Of a DNA stretch of 53,738 bases, positions 18,767-28,384 are shown one piece after another (position 1 is the stretch's first letter; each line of letters begins with the position of its first letter). A program made the translations under genes and the position numbers. The notes below the pieces were generated by a model. That model was not told where the DNA came from. It did no database searches and was given only the letters and a program-made list of their open reading frames with translations. This stretch comes from a virus (taxonomy: Duplodnaviria > Caudoviricetes), in IMG/VR virus record IMGVR_UViG_3300020578_000107, positions 1 to 53,738 of that record; one strand, given 5' to 3'.

Positions 18767-21700
18767 ATGCCACAAGAAACGAACCTTAACGTCTCCCCCT
18801 ATTTTGACGATTTTGATGAAGATGAATCATATCATAAAGTTCTTTTTAAACCAGGATATCCTGTTCAGGCAAGAGAGTTAACAACTTTACAATCAATATT
18901 ACAAAACCAAATTGAAAAATTTGGAACTCATTTTTTTAAAGAGGGATCTGTTGTTATTCCCGGTAATGTAACATATAAAAATGATCTCAATAGTGTTAAA
19001 CTGGAAAATACATTCGGTGGAATATCATCAGATTTTTATTTGAGTGTATTAGTCAAGAAAAGAATAAGAGGCGAAAGAAGTGGCATTACTGCTGTAATTG
19101 AAGACTTTTTACCAGTAGGACCTGGTATTGATAATGTAACAATTTTTGTCAGATATTTATCGTCCGATTCACAAAATAATTCGGATAAAACTTTTTATGA
19201 TGGGGAAAATTTAGTAGTTGATGAAGATGTAACTCAATTAAAATTTGAAGTTGATGTTAATACATTTAAACAAATAGAAAAACCACCTATAATTTTAGGA
19301 ACGGGAGAAGCATTTGCTACTACTGTTGCAAATGCAAGTACATCAAAAGGATCAGCAGTTTTATTGCAAGAAGGAGTTTATTTTATTAGAGGAACTTTTG
19401 TAAATGTTCCAGATTCTAGGGCATATATTAACCCATATTCTAATATATCAAGTGCAAAAGTAGGTTTTAGAGTTTTTGAAAGAATTGTAAATGCTTTTGA
19501 AGATGAAGATTTGTATGATAATGCCCAAGGATTTTCCAATTTTGCTGCTCCGGGTGCAGATAGACTTAGCATTACTACAAAGTTAGAAGTACTGCCATTA
19601 GAAACTGTTGATGCAGAAAATTTTATTCAATTAATTGAAATTAGAGACGGTGAAATTGCAAGTATAACAAAGAATACCTCATATAATATAGTAGCTCAAG
19701 AATTTGCGAGAAGAACATATGATGAATCGGGAGACTATTATATTGATCCCCCAATTATTAAGGCACAAGAAACTTTAAATGATTTAAGAGGAAATGATGG
19801 AATATTTAGTGAAGGGCAATTAACATATGATGCACAAATTCCAGCAAGCGATGAAGTTGGAACATATAATATTTCTCCAATGAAGGCTTATGTTCGAGGA
19901 TTTGAAGTTGAAACCGTAAGTCCTGTATTTTTAGATTTTCCAAAAACAAGAACTACAAAAACATTAGAAAATCAAAGCATAAATTATTTTTCCGGGTCTA
20001 CATTTACTCTTAATAGAGTTCATGGGTCCCCAATTGTAAGCACCGCTTCAACTTATTTTGTAAGTCTCCGAGATTCTAGAGTAGGAACCTCTCAAACAAC
20101 TCCACCGGGTAATGAAATTGGAGTTGCTCGTGTTTATGATTTTGCATTAGAATCTGGATCATATTCTACATCAAATCCAAATGAAAATGAATGGGATATT
20201 TCTCTTTATGATGTCCAAACATATACAAATATAACTTTAAATGAACCCATAACATTAACAACTCCAACCCATATTAGAGGAAAGGAGAGTGGTGCTATTG
20301 GATTTCTTAGATATAATGTATCTGCTGGAACAGCATTGACTGTTTATGATTCAAAAGGAAAATTTTCTCTTGGAGAAAAATTAATATTTGATGGCGTAGA
20401 AAATACTAGGGTTATTAGAACAATTAGATCATACGGAACTAGCGATGTAAAATCCATATATGGAATAGTAGGGACAGCATATACTTTTACTGCTGATACC
20501 ATCCAAAAAACTTCTATACCAGTAGGTCAAGTTAGAATAACTGCGGCTGATGCTACACTTGGAATAAGCACCGTCACCTCTACCAGTGCATTTTTTGTTG
20601 GGATTGCTACTGTTGGAAATTTAGTTGCTTTTTCAAATCAATCTACAAGCATTTCTGGATTATCTACTGTTACATTTGCAAGAATTCAATCAGTATCGGA
20701 TAGATCAATAACAATAGCTGGAGTAACTTCTGTTACTGGTGTATGTGATGGAGCTTTACCTACAACTGCAATTACTCCATCAGATTTTAGAATTGTATCA
20801 ACAAGTTTACAAGAATCACCTGATAATTCACTGTATACTAGACTACCTAAAAGTTATGTAGCAAGTGTAGACTTAACGGATTCCAATTTAATAATCAGAA
20901 GACAATTTGATGTAGTTATTACTTCTAATTCTACTGGGGCAATAAATGCAGGTCCAGACGAAACATTTCTTCCATTTGACGAAGAAAGGTATGTATTGGT
21001 TGGAGAAAGTGGATTAGTAGAGTCTTTAAGTCAAGATGAGTTTTCTTTTACAAATGGATCAAAAACTCTAACGATTAATGGTCTTTCCGGAAGTGGCAAT
21101 GCCAAGTTAATTGCAACTTTGAGAAAGACTAATGTAAAATCAAAAATTAAAAATAAAAATAGAATAAGAACACTTATAATCGACAAATCAAGAAATTCTT
21201 CATCTGGAATAGGATCAACTACCTTAAATGATGGATTATCTTATGGAAATTATCCATATGGAACGAGAGTTCAAGATGAAGAAATTTGTCTACTTGTTCC
21301 CGACGTTATGGGAGTTTATGCAGTTTATGAGACAACAGATACCAATGATCCAACTCTACCATCGCTAGTATTAACTTCTTTAAGTGGACCAACTAATAAA
21401 ACAGGAGATCTTCTACTCGGGGAAGAATTTATCGGAGAAACTAGCCAAGCGATTGGAGTTTATACTGAAAAAATTAATGATTTGAAGGTAGAGTTTAGTT
21501 ATCTAAACTCAAATAACTTTATTGCGGGAGAAAAGATAACTTTTAGAGAGTCTAAAATCACTGCATTTATTTCATTGATTGATGAAGGTGATACGAACAT
21601 AAGTTCGTCATTTGCATTAGATGCAAATCAAAAAGAAACCATATATGACTATTCGAAACTAATTAGAAATAAAAACTCAAAGGAACCAACTAGAAAATTA

Positions 21701-24379
21701 AAAATTGTTTTTGAATCTGCAAGTTTTTCAGATTCAGATACAGGAGATTTAACCACTGCAAATTCTTATGAGCAGTTCGATTATTGTTCAATTAAAAGTG
21801 TATATGATACTGTTGGAAACACTGATATTATTGATGTTAGACCAAGGGTATCGCCAATTTCACCAACAGTAAATTCAAGATCTCCATTTGAATTCTTGTC
21901 TAGATCATTTACTGCGTCAGGTAACTCTGCTAGAAATATTTTAGCTTCGGATGAATCAATACTTTTATCTTATTCGTTCTATTTACCAAGAATTGATAAG
22001 ATTGTTCTGGACAAAACAGGATTTTTCCAACTAGTAACTGGAATTCCTGATGAAAATCCACAAATTCCTTTTATAAATGACACTGTTTTAGATGTAGCAA
22101 CAGCATATCTTCCTCCATATATTTGCAATATCAATGAAGTTGATATTCAAATGAGAGAGCATAAGAGATATACGATGGCGGATATAAGCAGACTTGAAGA
22201 TAGGATAGAAACATTAGAATATTATACATCGTTGTCATTGTTAGAAACTAACACTGCTACGTTTAATGTAACTGATTCAAATGGTATAAACAGATTTAAG
22301 TCTGGATTTTTTGTAGACAATTTTTCTACAACAGAAAGACAAGATAAATCCACTATCGTTAAAAACTCCGTTGACATCAATAATTTAGAACTTAGACCAA
22401 CTCATTATACAACCTCAGTTGATTTACTTCTTGGAACAAATTCCTTACTCGGTATTGGTAATTCAGTTAACACACTAGCAGATCCTAGAACTGATACTAG
22501 TTTAATTGGAACAGGAGTAAAGAGAACAGGGCAACTTGTCACTTTGGATTATGACCAAGTTCTTTTGCTAGATCAACCATATGCATCTAGAGCAGTAAAT
22601 GTAAATCCATATGCAGAAGATTTTTATAACGGAACAATACAACTATTCCCATCATCTGATGTATGGGTAGATCAAGTTAGATTGTCTGCAAATACACTAT
22701 TAGTTGAATCAAACTTTATTGAGTCTTTGGGTCAATTTGATATTAATCAACAATCTGGATTCTCGCCAATAACTTGGAATAGTCATGAATCTGCATGGGC
22801 TGGAAATGGTTCTATGGGCACAAAGGTATTAGATACAAAACTAATACCTTTTATGAGATCAAGAAATATTGAATTTATTGCAAAAAGATTAAAACCACTA
22901 ACAAGAGTTTATTCATTCTTCGGCGGAATAGATGTCAATAAATTTATTGTTCCAAAACTTCTTGAAATAACAATGACTAGTGGAGTTTTTCAAGTCGGAG
23001 AAGATGTTATAGGAACTTTTGATACTCCCGGCACTTCATCACCTAAAATATTTTTCAGAGTAGCTAAACAAAATCACAAGTATGGAACTTACGATAATCC
23101 ATCGGATGTTTATGTAAAAAATCCATACAATCAAAATATTAATATTCCAGATTCATACTCTGCCACTTCAACAATTCTTAATGTTGATACATATACTCTT
23201 TCAAATCAACCAAATGGTTTATATGAAGGATATATCGCTGTCGGAATGAAATTAAGAGGATTGACCAGCAAAGCTGAGGCAAGAATTAGTGATATTAGAT
23301 TGATAACTGATCAATCTGGTGCTATTCTTGGATCTTTCTTTATTCCAGATGGAAATATCACGGCAAATCCAAAGTTTGAATGTGGATCAAAGGTTTTCAG
23401 ACTTACATCTAGTAGAACAAACTCTACTATATTTGGCACATATTCAACTAGCGCGGAAGAAAAGTTCTTAGCGGAAGGAAAAGTTAATGTTGTTCAGGAT
23501 AACATTATTGTTACAAGACCTCCTAGATATGAAGCACCTCAAGATGCACCTTATATTTCCTCAGGTGGTGGTGGATGGGCACCATCATCTGAACCAGTAG
23601 ATAATGGTGGTGGTTTTATTGGACCAGAACCCCCACCACCAGTACCAGTAGATACTAGAAGAGAAGCATATTTTAATAAAGGAAAACCTGGTCTGAGTAA
23701 AGGAGATCAAAAGAGATTGATAACAGATCTAATGGCAGCAGGTATGAACAAGAAAGACGCTAAGGCTCTTGTAAATAATAAATCAACACCATCTGATATT
23801 GCTTCTGCTGTTGAGTGGTTTAATAATACCCAGTATTCAAAAGATATTAATAAGAAACTTATCAATGAAACTTATGTAAATGGAGTAAAAACAAAGGTAG
23901 AAACCTCAGCACAAGAGACATTTAAAGGAGATAAACGATATCAAACTATGATTACAGCGGGGGATAAAACAATTGTTGGAGGAACAGATAAAAAGGGAAC
24001 GGCGGGCAGAAAAGCTGAGCCAACAGTTGGTCCGGGTGCTGTGTTGGCGCGACTATCTCTACCAACATCCGCACCAACATCAAGAGCGTTTGCTAAATCA
24101 AATCCACAACACACAGTCAAAAATCCCCCAGCTCCTGCACCAGCACCAGCAGCAAAACCAAGTTCTCCACCTTCTTCTCCACCTAGCGGTGGCGGCGTGT
24201 TTGGTGGCGGTCGTGGCGGCGGTGGCGGCGGCGGTGGCGGTGGCGGTGGCGGCGGTGGCGGTGGCGGTCGTGGCGGCGGCGGTGGCGGCGGCGGAGGCAA
24301 AAAATCCGATATCCGCTTAAAGAGGAATATAACTGCAATCAACTCCGCACTAAATATGATTATTAACTTATCAAAATGA
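18767..24379 (+). CDS. DUF4815/VrlC-like virion structural protein, N-terminal part, ending in a Pro/Gly-rich tail and an S74 cleavage motif
   Basis: NLNVSPYFDDF..LFKPGYPVQARELTTLQS, APGADR, ARRTYDESGDY, RFKSGFFVDNF, PFMRSRNI; ends GGKKSDIRLKRNI. Confidence 0.85.
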   Translation: MPQETNLNVSPYFDDFDEDESYHKVLFKPGYPVQARELTTLQSILQNQIEKFGTHFFKEGSVVIPGNVTYKNDLNSVKLENTFGGISSDFYLSVLVKKRIRGERSGITAVIEDFLPVGPGIDNVTIFVRYLSSDSQNNSDKTFYDGENLVVDEDVTQLKFEVDVNTFKQIEKPPIILGTGEAFATTVANASTSKGSAVLLQEGVYFIRGTFVNVPDSRAYINPYSNISSAKVGFRVFERIVNAFEDEDLYDNAQGFSNFAAPGADRLSITTKLEVLPLETVDAENFIQLIEIRDGEIASITKNTSYNIVAQEFARRTYDESGDYYIDPPIIKAQETLNDLRGNDGIFSEGQLTYDAQIPASDEVGTYNISPMKAYVRGFEVETVSPVFLDFPKTRTTKTLENQSINYFSGSTFTLNRVHGSPIVSTASTYFVSLRDSRVGTSQTTPPGNEIGVARVYDFALESGSYSTSNPNENEWDISLYDVQTYTNITLNEPITLTTPTHIRGKESGAIGFLRYNVSAGTALTVYDSKGKFSLGEKLIFDGVENTRVIRTIRSYGTSDVKSIYGIVGTAYTFTADTIQKTSIPVGQVRITAADATLGISTVTSTSAFFVGIATVGNLVAFSNQSTSISGLSTVTFARIQSVSDRSITIAGVTSVTGVCDGALPTTAITPSDFRIVSTSLQESPDNSLYTRLPKSYVASVDLTDSNLIIRRQFDVVITSNSTGAINAGPDETFLPFDEERYVLVGESGLVESLSQDEFSFTNGSKTLTINGLSGSGNAKLIATLRKTNVKSKIKNKNRIRTLIIDKSRNSSSGIGSTTLNDGLSYGNYPYGTRVQDEEICLLVPDVMGVYAVYETTDTNDPTLPSLVLTSLSGPTNKTGDLLLGEEFIGETSQAIGVYTEKINDLKVEFSYLNSNNFIAGEKITFRESKITAFISLIDEGDTNISSSFALDANQKETIYDYSKLIRNKNSKEPTRKLKIVFESASFSDSDTGDLTTANSYEQFDYCSIKSVYDTVGNTDIIDVRPRVSPISPTVNSRSPFEFLSRSFTASGNSARNILASDESILLSYSFYLPRIDKIVLDKTGFFQLVTGIPDENPQIPFINDTVLDVATAYLPPYICNINEVDIQMREHKRYTMADISRLEDRIETLEYYTSLSLLETNTATFNVTDSNGINRFKSGFFVDNFSTTERQDKSTIVKNSVDINNLELRPTHYTTSVDLLLGTNSLLGIGNSVNTLADPRTDTSLIGTGVKRTGQLVTLDYDQVLLLDQPYASRAVNVNPYAEDFYNGTIQLFPSSDVWVDQVRLSANTLLVESNFIESLGQFDINQQSGFSPITWNSHESAWAGNGSMGTKVLDTKLIPFMRSRNIEFIAKRLKPLTRVYSFFGGIDVNKFIVPKLLEITMTSGVFQVGEDVIGTFDTPGTSSPKIFFRVAKQNHKYGTYDNPSDVYVKNPYNQNINIPDSYSATSTILNVDTYTLSNQPNGLYEGYIAVGMKLRGLTSKAEARISDIRLITDQSGAILGSFFIPDGNITANPKFECGSKVFRLTSSRTNSTIFGTYSTSAEEKFLAEGKVNVVQDNIIVTRPPRYEAPQDAPYISSGGGGWAPSSEPVDNGGGFIGPEPPPPVPVDTRREAYFNKGKPGLSKGDQKRLITDLMAAGMNKKDAKALVNNKSTPSDIASAVEWFNNTQYSKDINKKLINETYVNGVKTKVETSAQETFKGDKRYQTMITAGDKTIVGGTDKKGTAGRKAEPTVGPGAVLARLSLPTSAPTSRAFAKSNPQHTVKNPPAPAPAPAAKPSSPPSSPPSGGGVFGGGRGGGGGGGGGGGGGGGGGGRGGGGGGGGGKKSDIRLKRNITAINSALNMIINLSK
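24188..24298 (+). repeat. GGC/GGT trinucleotide tract encoding poly-Gly with two Arg
   Basis: Visible (GGY)n run, very GC-rich compared with its surroundings. Confidence 0.95.
24351..24356 (+). promoter_or_regulatory. candidate late promoter core TAAATA for the stand-alone S74 fragment gene
   Basis: CTAAATA 20 nt upstream of ATG24376, similar spacing to other late promoters here; lies in coding sequence so could be chance. Confidence 0.35.
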
Positions 24380-24630
24380 CAATTTTGAATAAATTATGTG
24401 AGATTAATGGATATCATTATAGCTGGAACGATAAAATGAAAGAATTGACTGGGGTTAACGGATCAGAATATGGTGTCATAGCTCAGGAAGTACAAAAAGT
24501 ATTTCCTGAGATTGTAAAAACTGGTTCTGATGGGTATTTGGAAGTAGATTATATTCAGATAATACCTATTTTAATAGAAGCAATAAAGGAATTAAAGGAA
24601 GAATTGGACCACTTAAAACAAAATAAATAG
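24376..24630 (+). CDS. peptidase S74 / intramolecular chaperone fragment lacking the SDxxxK catalytic motif
   Basis: ILNKLCEINGYHYSW..YGVIAQEVQKVFPEIV..VDY..LIEAIKEL plus coiled coil; ATGA overlap with the upstream stop. Confidence 0.88.
   Translation: MTILNKLCEINGYHYSWNDKMKELTGVNGSEYGVIAQEVQKVFPEIVKTGSDGYLEVDYIQIIPILIEAIKELKEELDHLKQNK
24624..24629 (+). promoter_or_regulatory. late promoter core TAAATA for the DUF4815 C-terminal gene
   Basis: AATAAATA 22 nt upstream of ATG24651. Confidence 0.55.
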
Positions 24631-24650
24631 AAAATAATAGTAAAAGTAAA

Positions 24651-27155
24651 ATGAAAGTTATAGATCCATTAGCACAATCATTTTATGTTGAAAATGAAAG
24701 GGGAGTTTTTGTAACTTCGGTTGATTTATATTTTAGTACAAAAGATCCAATTATTCCGGTAACAATTCAACTCAGGTCAATGGAACTTGGGTTGCCAACA
24801 CAAAAGGTTTATCCTTTTAGCGAAGTTGTTGTTGATCCAAAAGATATTATTGCATCTGAGGACGGAAGATCTCCAACCAGAATTACATTTCCATCTCCTG
24901 TTTATTTGCAAGGATCAAAATTTCATGCATTAGTAATACTATCAAATTCTCTTGAATATAACGTTTGGGTGTCAAGACTTGGAGAAATTGATGTCTCTAC
25001 CGCAACGCAGGTAGAATCAAAACAAATTTTGGTCACTAAACAACCAACATTAGGTGGATTATTTAAATCACAAAATGCACTGACTTGGAATGAAAGTCCA
25101 TATGAAGATTTAAAGTATACATTATACAGAGCAAACTTTAAAACAAGCAATGGCAATTTTAATTTTTATAATCCAGAATTGTCAGTAGGAAATAATCAAA
25201 TTGCAAAATTAAATGATAATCCTCTGGAATTTGTTTCAAAGAAAATAAGAGTAGGGTTAGGAACTACGGTACAAGATAATAATTTACAACTGGGAAATAC
25301 AGTATTTCAATATGCAAGTAATGCAACAGGAAATTATGTTGCATCAGCAGGAATTGCAACAGGAACTTTAAGAGTTATAAATGCAGGTATTGGATACACT
25401 CCGTCATCCGAAGTTGCAACTTATGTTGGTGTTGCTTTAACCAGTATAACTGGAAATGGAAGAAATGCCACAGCAAACGTAGTAATTACTAATGGATCAG
25501 TTACTTCTGCCACCATTTTAAATGGGGGAACTGGTTATGTAGTTGGTGATGTTTTAACCGCAAGTCAAGTAGGATCCCAAACTCTGGGAAGAAATTTACA
25601 ACTATCAATTTCTTCTTTAAGAGGAATAAATGAATTAGTCTTAGATAATGTTCAAGGAGATTTTATAACGGGAACAGGAAGTACAATTAGATATATTAAC
25701 AGTTTAGGTATATCAACCGATCTAAATGCATCTGTTGGCGGAAATGTTTTAGTCGCAACTGATGGTATTCAATCAGTAACTGATGGTTTAAACATTAAAG
25801 TTAATCACAGAAATCATGGGATGCACGCTGGCGAAAATATAGTCAGAATATCTAATGTCTATACTAACATAAAGCCAATAAAACTAACATCAGATTATGG
25901 AAAAGATTCAAATGGCGATATTTTAGTAGACAATACTATTAATTTTGCCACATTTGAGAATGTTGGAGTAAGTAGCACTAATCCAGGATATATTTTGATT
26001 GGAAATGAAATTATTGCATATGAAGGTTTGACTGCAAATTCATTGACAGGTATTACGAGACAGATTGATCAAACGTTAGGGTTCTCATATTCTTCCGGAA
26101 CTTCTGTTTATAAGTACGAATTAAATGGAGTTTCTTTGAGAAGAATTAATACAACACATACTTTACAAGATTCTACTGATCCAGATCCAATAGATTTTGA
26201 TTATTATAATATAAAATTAGATATGTCCCAAGATGGGAAAACAAGTACTTTACCTTATGGTCAAGTTGATAGAAGTGTTGGAAGCGTTTTTCCAAAATTA
26301 TATGCAAATGAATCAAAATCTCTGGGTGGTCCTTTTATTAATGCAACGCAAAATATTCAATATGAAATTGCAAGACCAAACATTCAAACACTTGCCATTC
26401 AGGGAACAAATATTAGTGCTAACGTAAGGACTGTTTCTGGAACTAGTGTTGATGGAAATGAAAATTCATTTGAAGATAAAGGATTCCAACAAATATCCTT
26501 AACCTCTAATAATTATTTTGATTCTCCAAGACTAATATGCTCAAGAGTTAATGAAACTGAAAGACTTACTACATTGCCTGGAAACAAGTCGTTAGTTGTT
26601 AACCTAACATTAGAATCTTCAAATGGATTTTTATCCCCCGCTGTCGATTTAGATAGGGCATCAATGATATTTGTTTCCAATAGAATCAATAGTCCCATTC
26701 AAAATTATGCGACAGATAATAGAGTTTCTACTATTGAGGATGACCCATCATCTTTTGTTTATGCTACAAATTCTATTCAACTTGAAATTCCAGCAACTTC
26801 GTTGAAAGTTCTTGTCAGTGCTTATGTAAATGTTTTTAGCGACTTTAGAGTTTTATATTCAGTAAAGAATGATCCAAATGAAAAGTCAATATATTATCCA
26901 TTCCCAGGATATTCAAATACAGCAAATGCAGACATAGTAGTTCAAGATGCTAGAAGTGATGGAACCTCAGATAAAAAAGTCGTGAAGAGCGGTGCTTTTG
27001 GGTTTGAAAGTAATCAAATAACTTTCAATGAGTATGAATTTACTGTATCAAACTTACCATCATTTAAGTTTTTTAGCATTAAAATAATTGGATCTGGAAC
27101 AAATCAAGCATTCCCACCAAGATTAAAAGATTTAAGAGTTATTGCTTTGGCATGA
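24651..27155 (+). CDS. DUF4815/VrlC-like virion structural protein, C-terminal part
   Basis: Begins DPLAQSF..GVFVTSVDLYF; LFKSQNA.TW..EDLKYTLYRANF; ends PPRLKDLRVIALA. Confidence 0.85.
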   Translation: MKVIDPLAQSFYVENERGVFVTSVDLYFSTKDPIIPVTIQLRSMELGLPTQKVYPFSEVVVDPKDIIASEDGRSPTRITFPSPVYLQGSKFHALVILSNSLEYNVWVSRLGEIDVSTATQVESKQILVTKQPTLGGLFKSQNALTWNESPYEDLKYTLYRANFKTSNGNFNFYNPELSVGNNQIAKLNDNPLEFVSKKIRVGLGTTVQDNNLQLGNTVFQYASNATGNYVASAGIATGTLRVINAGIGYTPSSEVATYVGVALTSITGNGRNATANVVITNGSVTSATILNGGTGYVVGDVLTASQVGSQTLGRNLQLSISSLRGINELVLDNVQGDFITGTGSTIRYINSLGISTDLNASVGGNVLVATDGIQSVTDGLNIKVNHRNHGMHAGENIVRISNVYTNIKPIKLTSDYGKDSNGDILVDNTINFATFENVGVSSTNPGYILIGNEIIAYEGLTANSLTGITRQIDQTLGFSYSSGTSVYKYELNGVSLRRINTTHTLQDSTDPDPIDFDYYNIKLDMSQDGKTSTLPYGQVDRSVGSVFPKLYANESKSLGGPFINATQNIQYEIARPNIQTLAIQGTNISANVRTVSGTSVDGNENSFEDKGFQQISLTSNNYFDSPRLICSRVNETERLTTLPGNKSLVVNLTLESSNGFLSPAVDLDRASMIFVSNRINSPIQNYATDNRVSTIEDDPSSFVYATNSIQLEIPATSLKVLVSAYVNVFSDFRVLYSVKNDPNEKSIYYPFPGYSNTANADIVVQDARSDGTSDKKVVKSGAFGFESNQITFNEYEFTVSNLPSFKFFSIKIIGSGTNQAFPPRLKDLRVIALA

Positions 27156-27156
27156 T

Positions 27157-27384
27157 ATGGATTATTTAAAAGTTGAGGGGCATCCAAATCTAGTGAGAGA
27201 TGAAAAATCAAAAGCTATTTTAAACACAGATATGAACGAATATGAAAATTACATGAGATTAAAAAAATCAAAGGAATTTGAAATCAAAAGAATTGAAAAT
27301 TTAGAAAGTGATATGAATAGTATTAAAGATAATATTGAAGAAATAAAAAATTTACTGAGGAATTTGTCAAATGGATCCAAATAA
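27157..27384 (+). CDS. small coiled-coil protein (MDYLKVEGHPNLVRD...)
   Basis: ATG27157 immediately after the upstream stop; C-terminal heptad pattern. Confidence 0.8.
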   Translation: MDYLKVEGHPNLVRDEKSKAILNTDMNEYENYMRLKKSKEFEIKRIENLESDMNSIKDNIEEIKNLLRNLSNGSK

Positions 27385-27535
27385 AATTACTTTAGAAGAC
27401 TTAAATAAGTCTTTTGAATATGAAAAACTTTCTAGGGATATAGATAGTATAGATGATATTGAAACTTTGCGTAATTATGTAAAGTCGTATGTGAAACTTT
27501 ATCTTAAACAACAAGAAGTCATATCTAAATTCTAA
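27371..27535 (+). CDS. small helical protein (54 aa, MDPNKITLEDLNKSFEYEKLSRDIDSIDDIETLRNYVKSYVKLYLKQQEVISKF)
   Basis: Read by hand; fills the gap exactly; TAATG overlap with gp13 start. Confidence 0.8.
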   Translation: MDPNKITLEDLNKSFEYEKLSRDIDSIDDIETLRNYVKSYVKLYLKQQEVISKF

Positions 27536-28380
27536 TGGCACAACCATCTACCCGACAAGAACTTATTGATTACTGCAAAAGGCAGTTGGGAGCACCAGTT
27601 CTTGAAATCAACGTTGCAGACGAGCAAATAGAAGATCTGGTTGATGATGCAGTTCAATATTTTCAAGAAAGGCATTTTGATGGTGTTGCACAAACTTTCT
27701 TAAAATATCAAATAACACAAGATGATATTGACAGAGGAAGGGCTCCTGGAAATAATAAAACAGTAGGTATTGCAACTACATCCGCAACAGCAATAATTGA
27801 CGGAACTCCAACTACTTTTGCATATAAAGAAAATAGTAATTTTCTACAAATTCCACCTTCTGTAATCGGAATTACAAAAATATATCACTTTGATGGTACG
27901 AATACTACAACAAATAATATGTTTAGTATTAAGTATCAGTTGTTCCTTAATGACATTTATTATTGGGGATCAATGGAAATTTTAACTTACGCTATGGTAA
28001 AAAGATATTTGGAGGATTTGAATTTCCTTTTGACAACGGAAAAGATGATTAGATTTAATAAAAGGCAAGATAGATTGTATTTAGATATTGATTGGGGTAG
28101 TGTTAAGGTTGGCGATTATTTAATTATAGACTGCTATCGAGCATTAGATCCAAACGATTTTTCAAGAGTTTGGAATGATTCTTTCTTAAAAAGATATCTT
28201 ACTGCTCTCATTAAACGTCAGTGGGGACAAAATCTAATTAAATTCCAAGGGGTTAAACTTCCAGGTGGAGTTGAGTTAAATGGGAGACAAATATATGATG
28301 ATGCACAGAAAGAACTTGAATTAATAATGGAACAAATATCGAATACTTATGAACTTCCACCATTAGATATGATTGGTTAG
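27535..28380 (+). CDS. gp13: neck protein, T4 gp13-like
   Basis: LGAPVLEINV..Q, HFDG, KRQWGQNLIKFQGVKLPGGVELNG. Confidence 0.95.
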   Translation: MAQPSTRQELIDYCKRQLGAPVLEINVADEQIEDLVDDAVQYFQERHFDGVAQTFLKYQITQDDIDRGRAPGNNKTVGIATTSATAIIDGTPTTFAYKENSNFLQIPPSVIGITKIYHFDGTNTTTNNMFSIKYQLFLNDIYYWGSMEILTYAMVKRYLEDLNFLLTTEKMIRFNKRQDRLYLDIDWGSVKVGDYLIIDCYRALDPNDFSRVWNDSFLKRYLTALIKRQWGQNLIKFQGVKLPGGVELNGRQIYDDAQKELELIMEQISNTYELPPLDMIG

Positions 28381-28384
28381 TCAT

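Noticed and set aside
23941-24342. Minus-strand poly-Pro ORF and alternate-frame Ala/Val ORF (23973-24320)
   Set aside because: Shadows of the GC-rich Gly/Pro tract, which lacks stops in other frames; no SD or promoter
24364-24379. Programmed -1 frameshift fusing the structural protein to the S74 fragment
   Set aside because: Only 3 open codons before the ATG, no X-XXY-YYZ heptamer, and fusion would duplicate a helix; translational coupling fits better, though low-level shifting is not excluded
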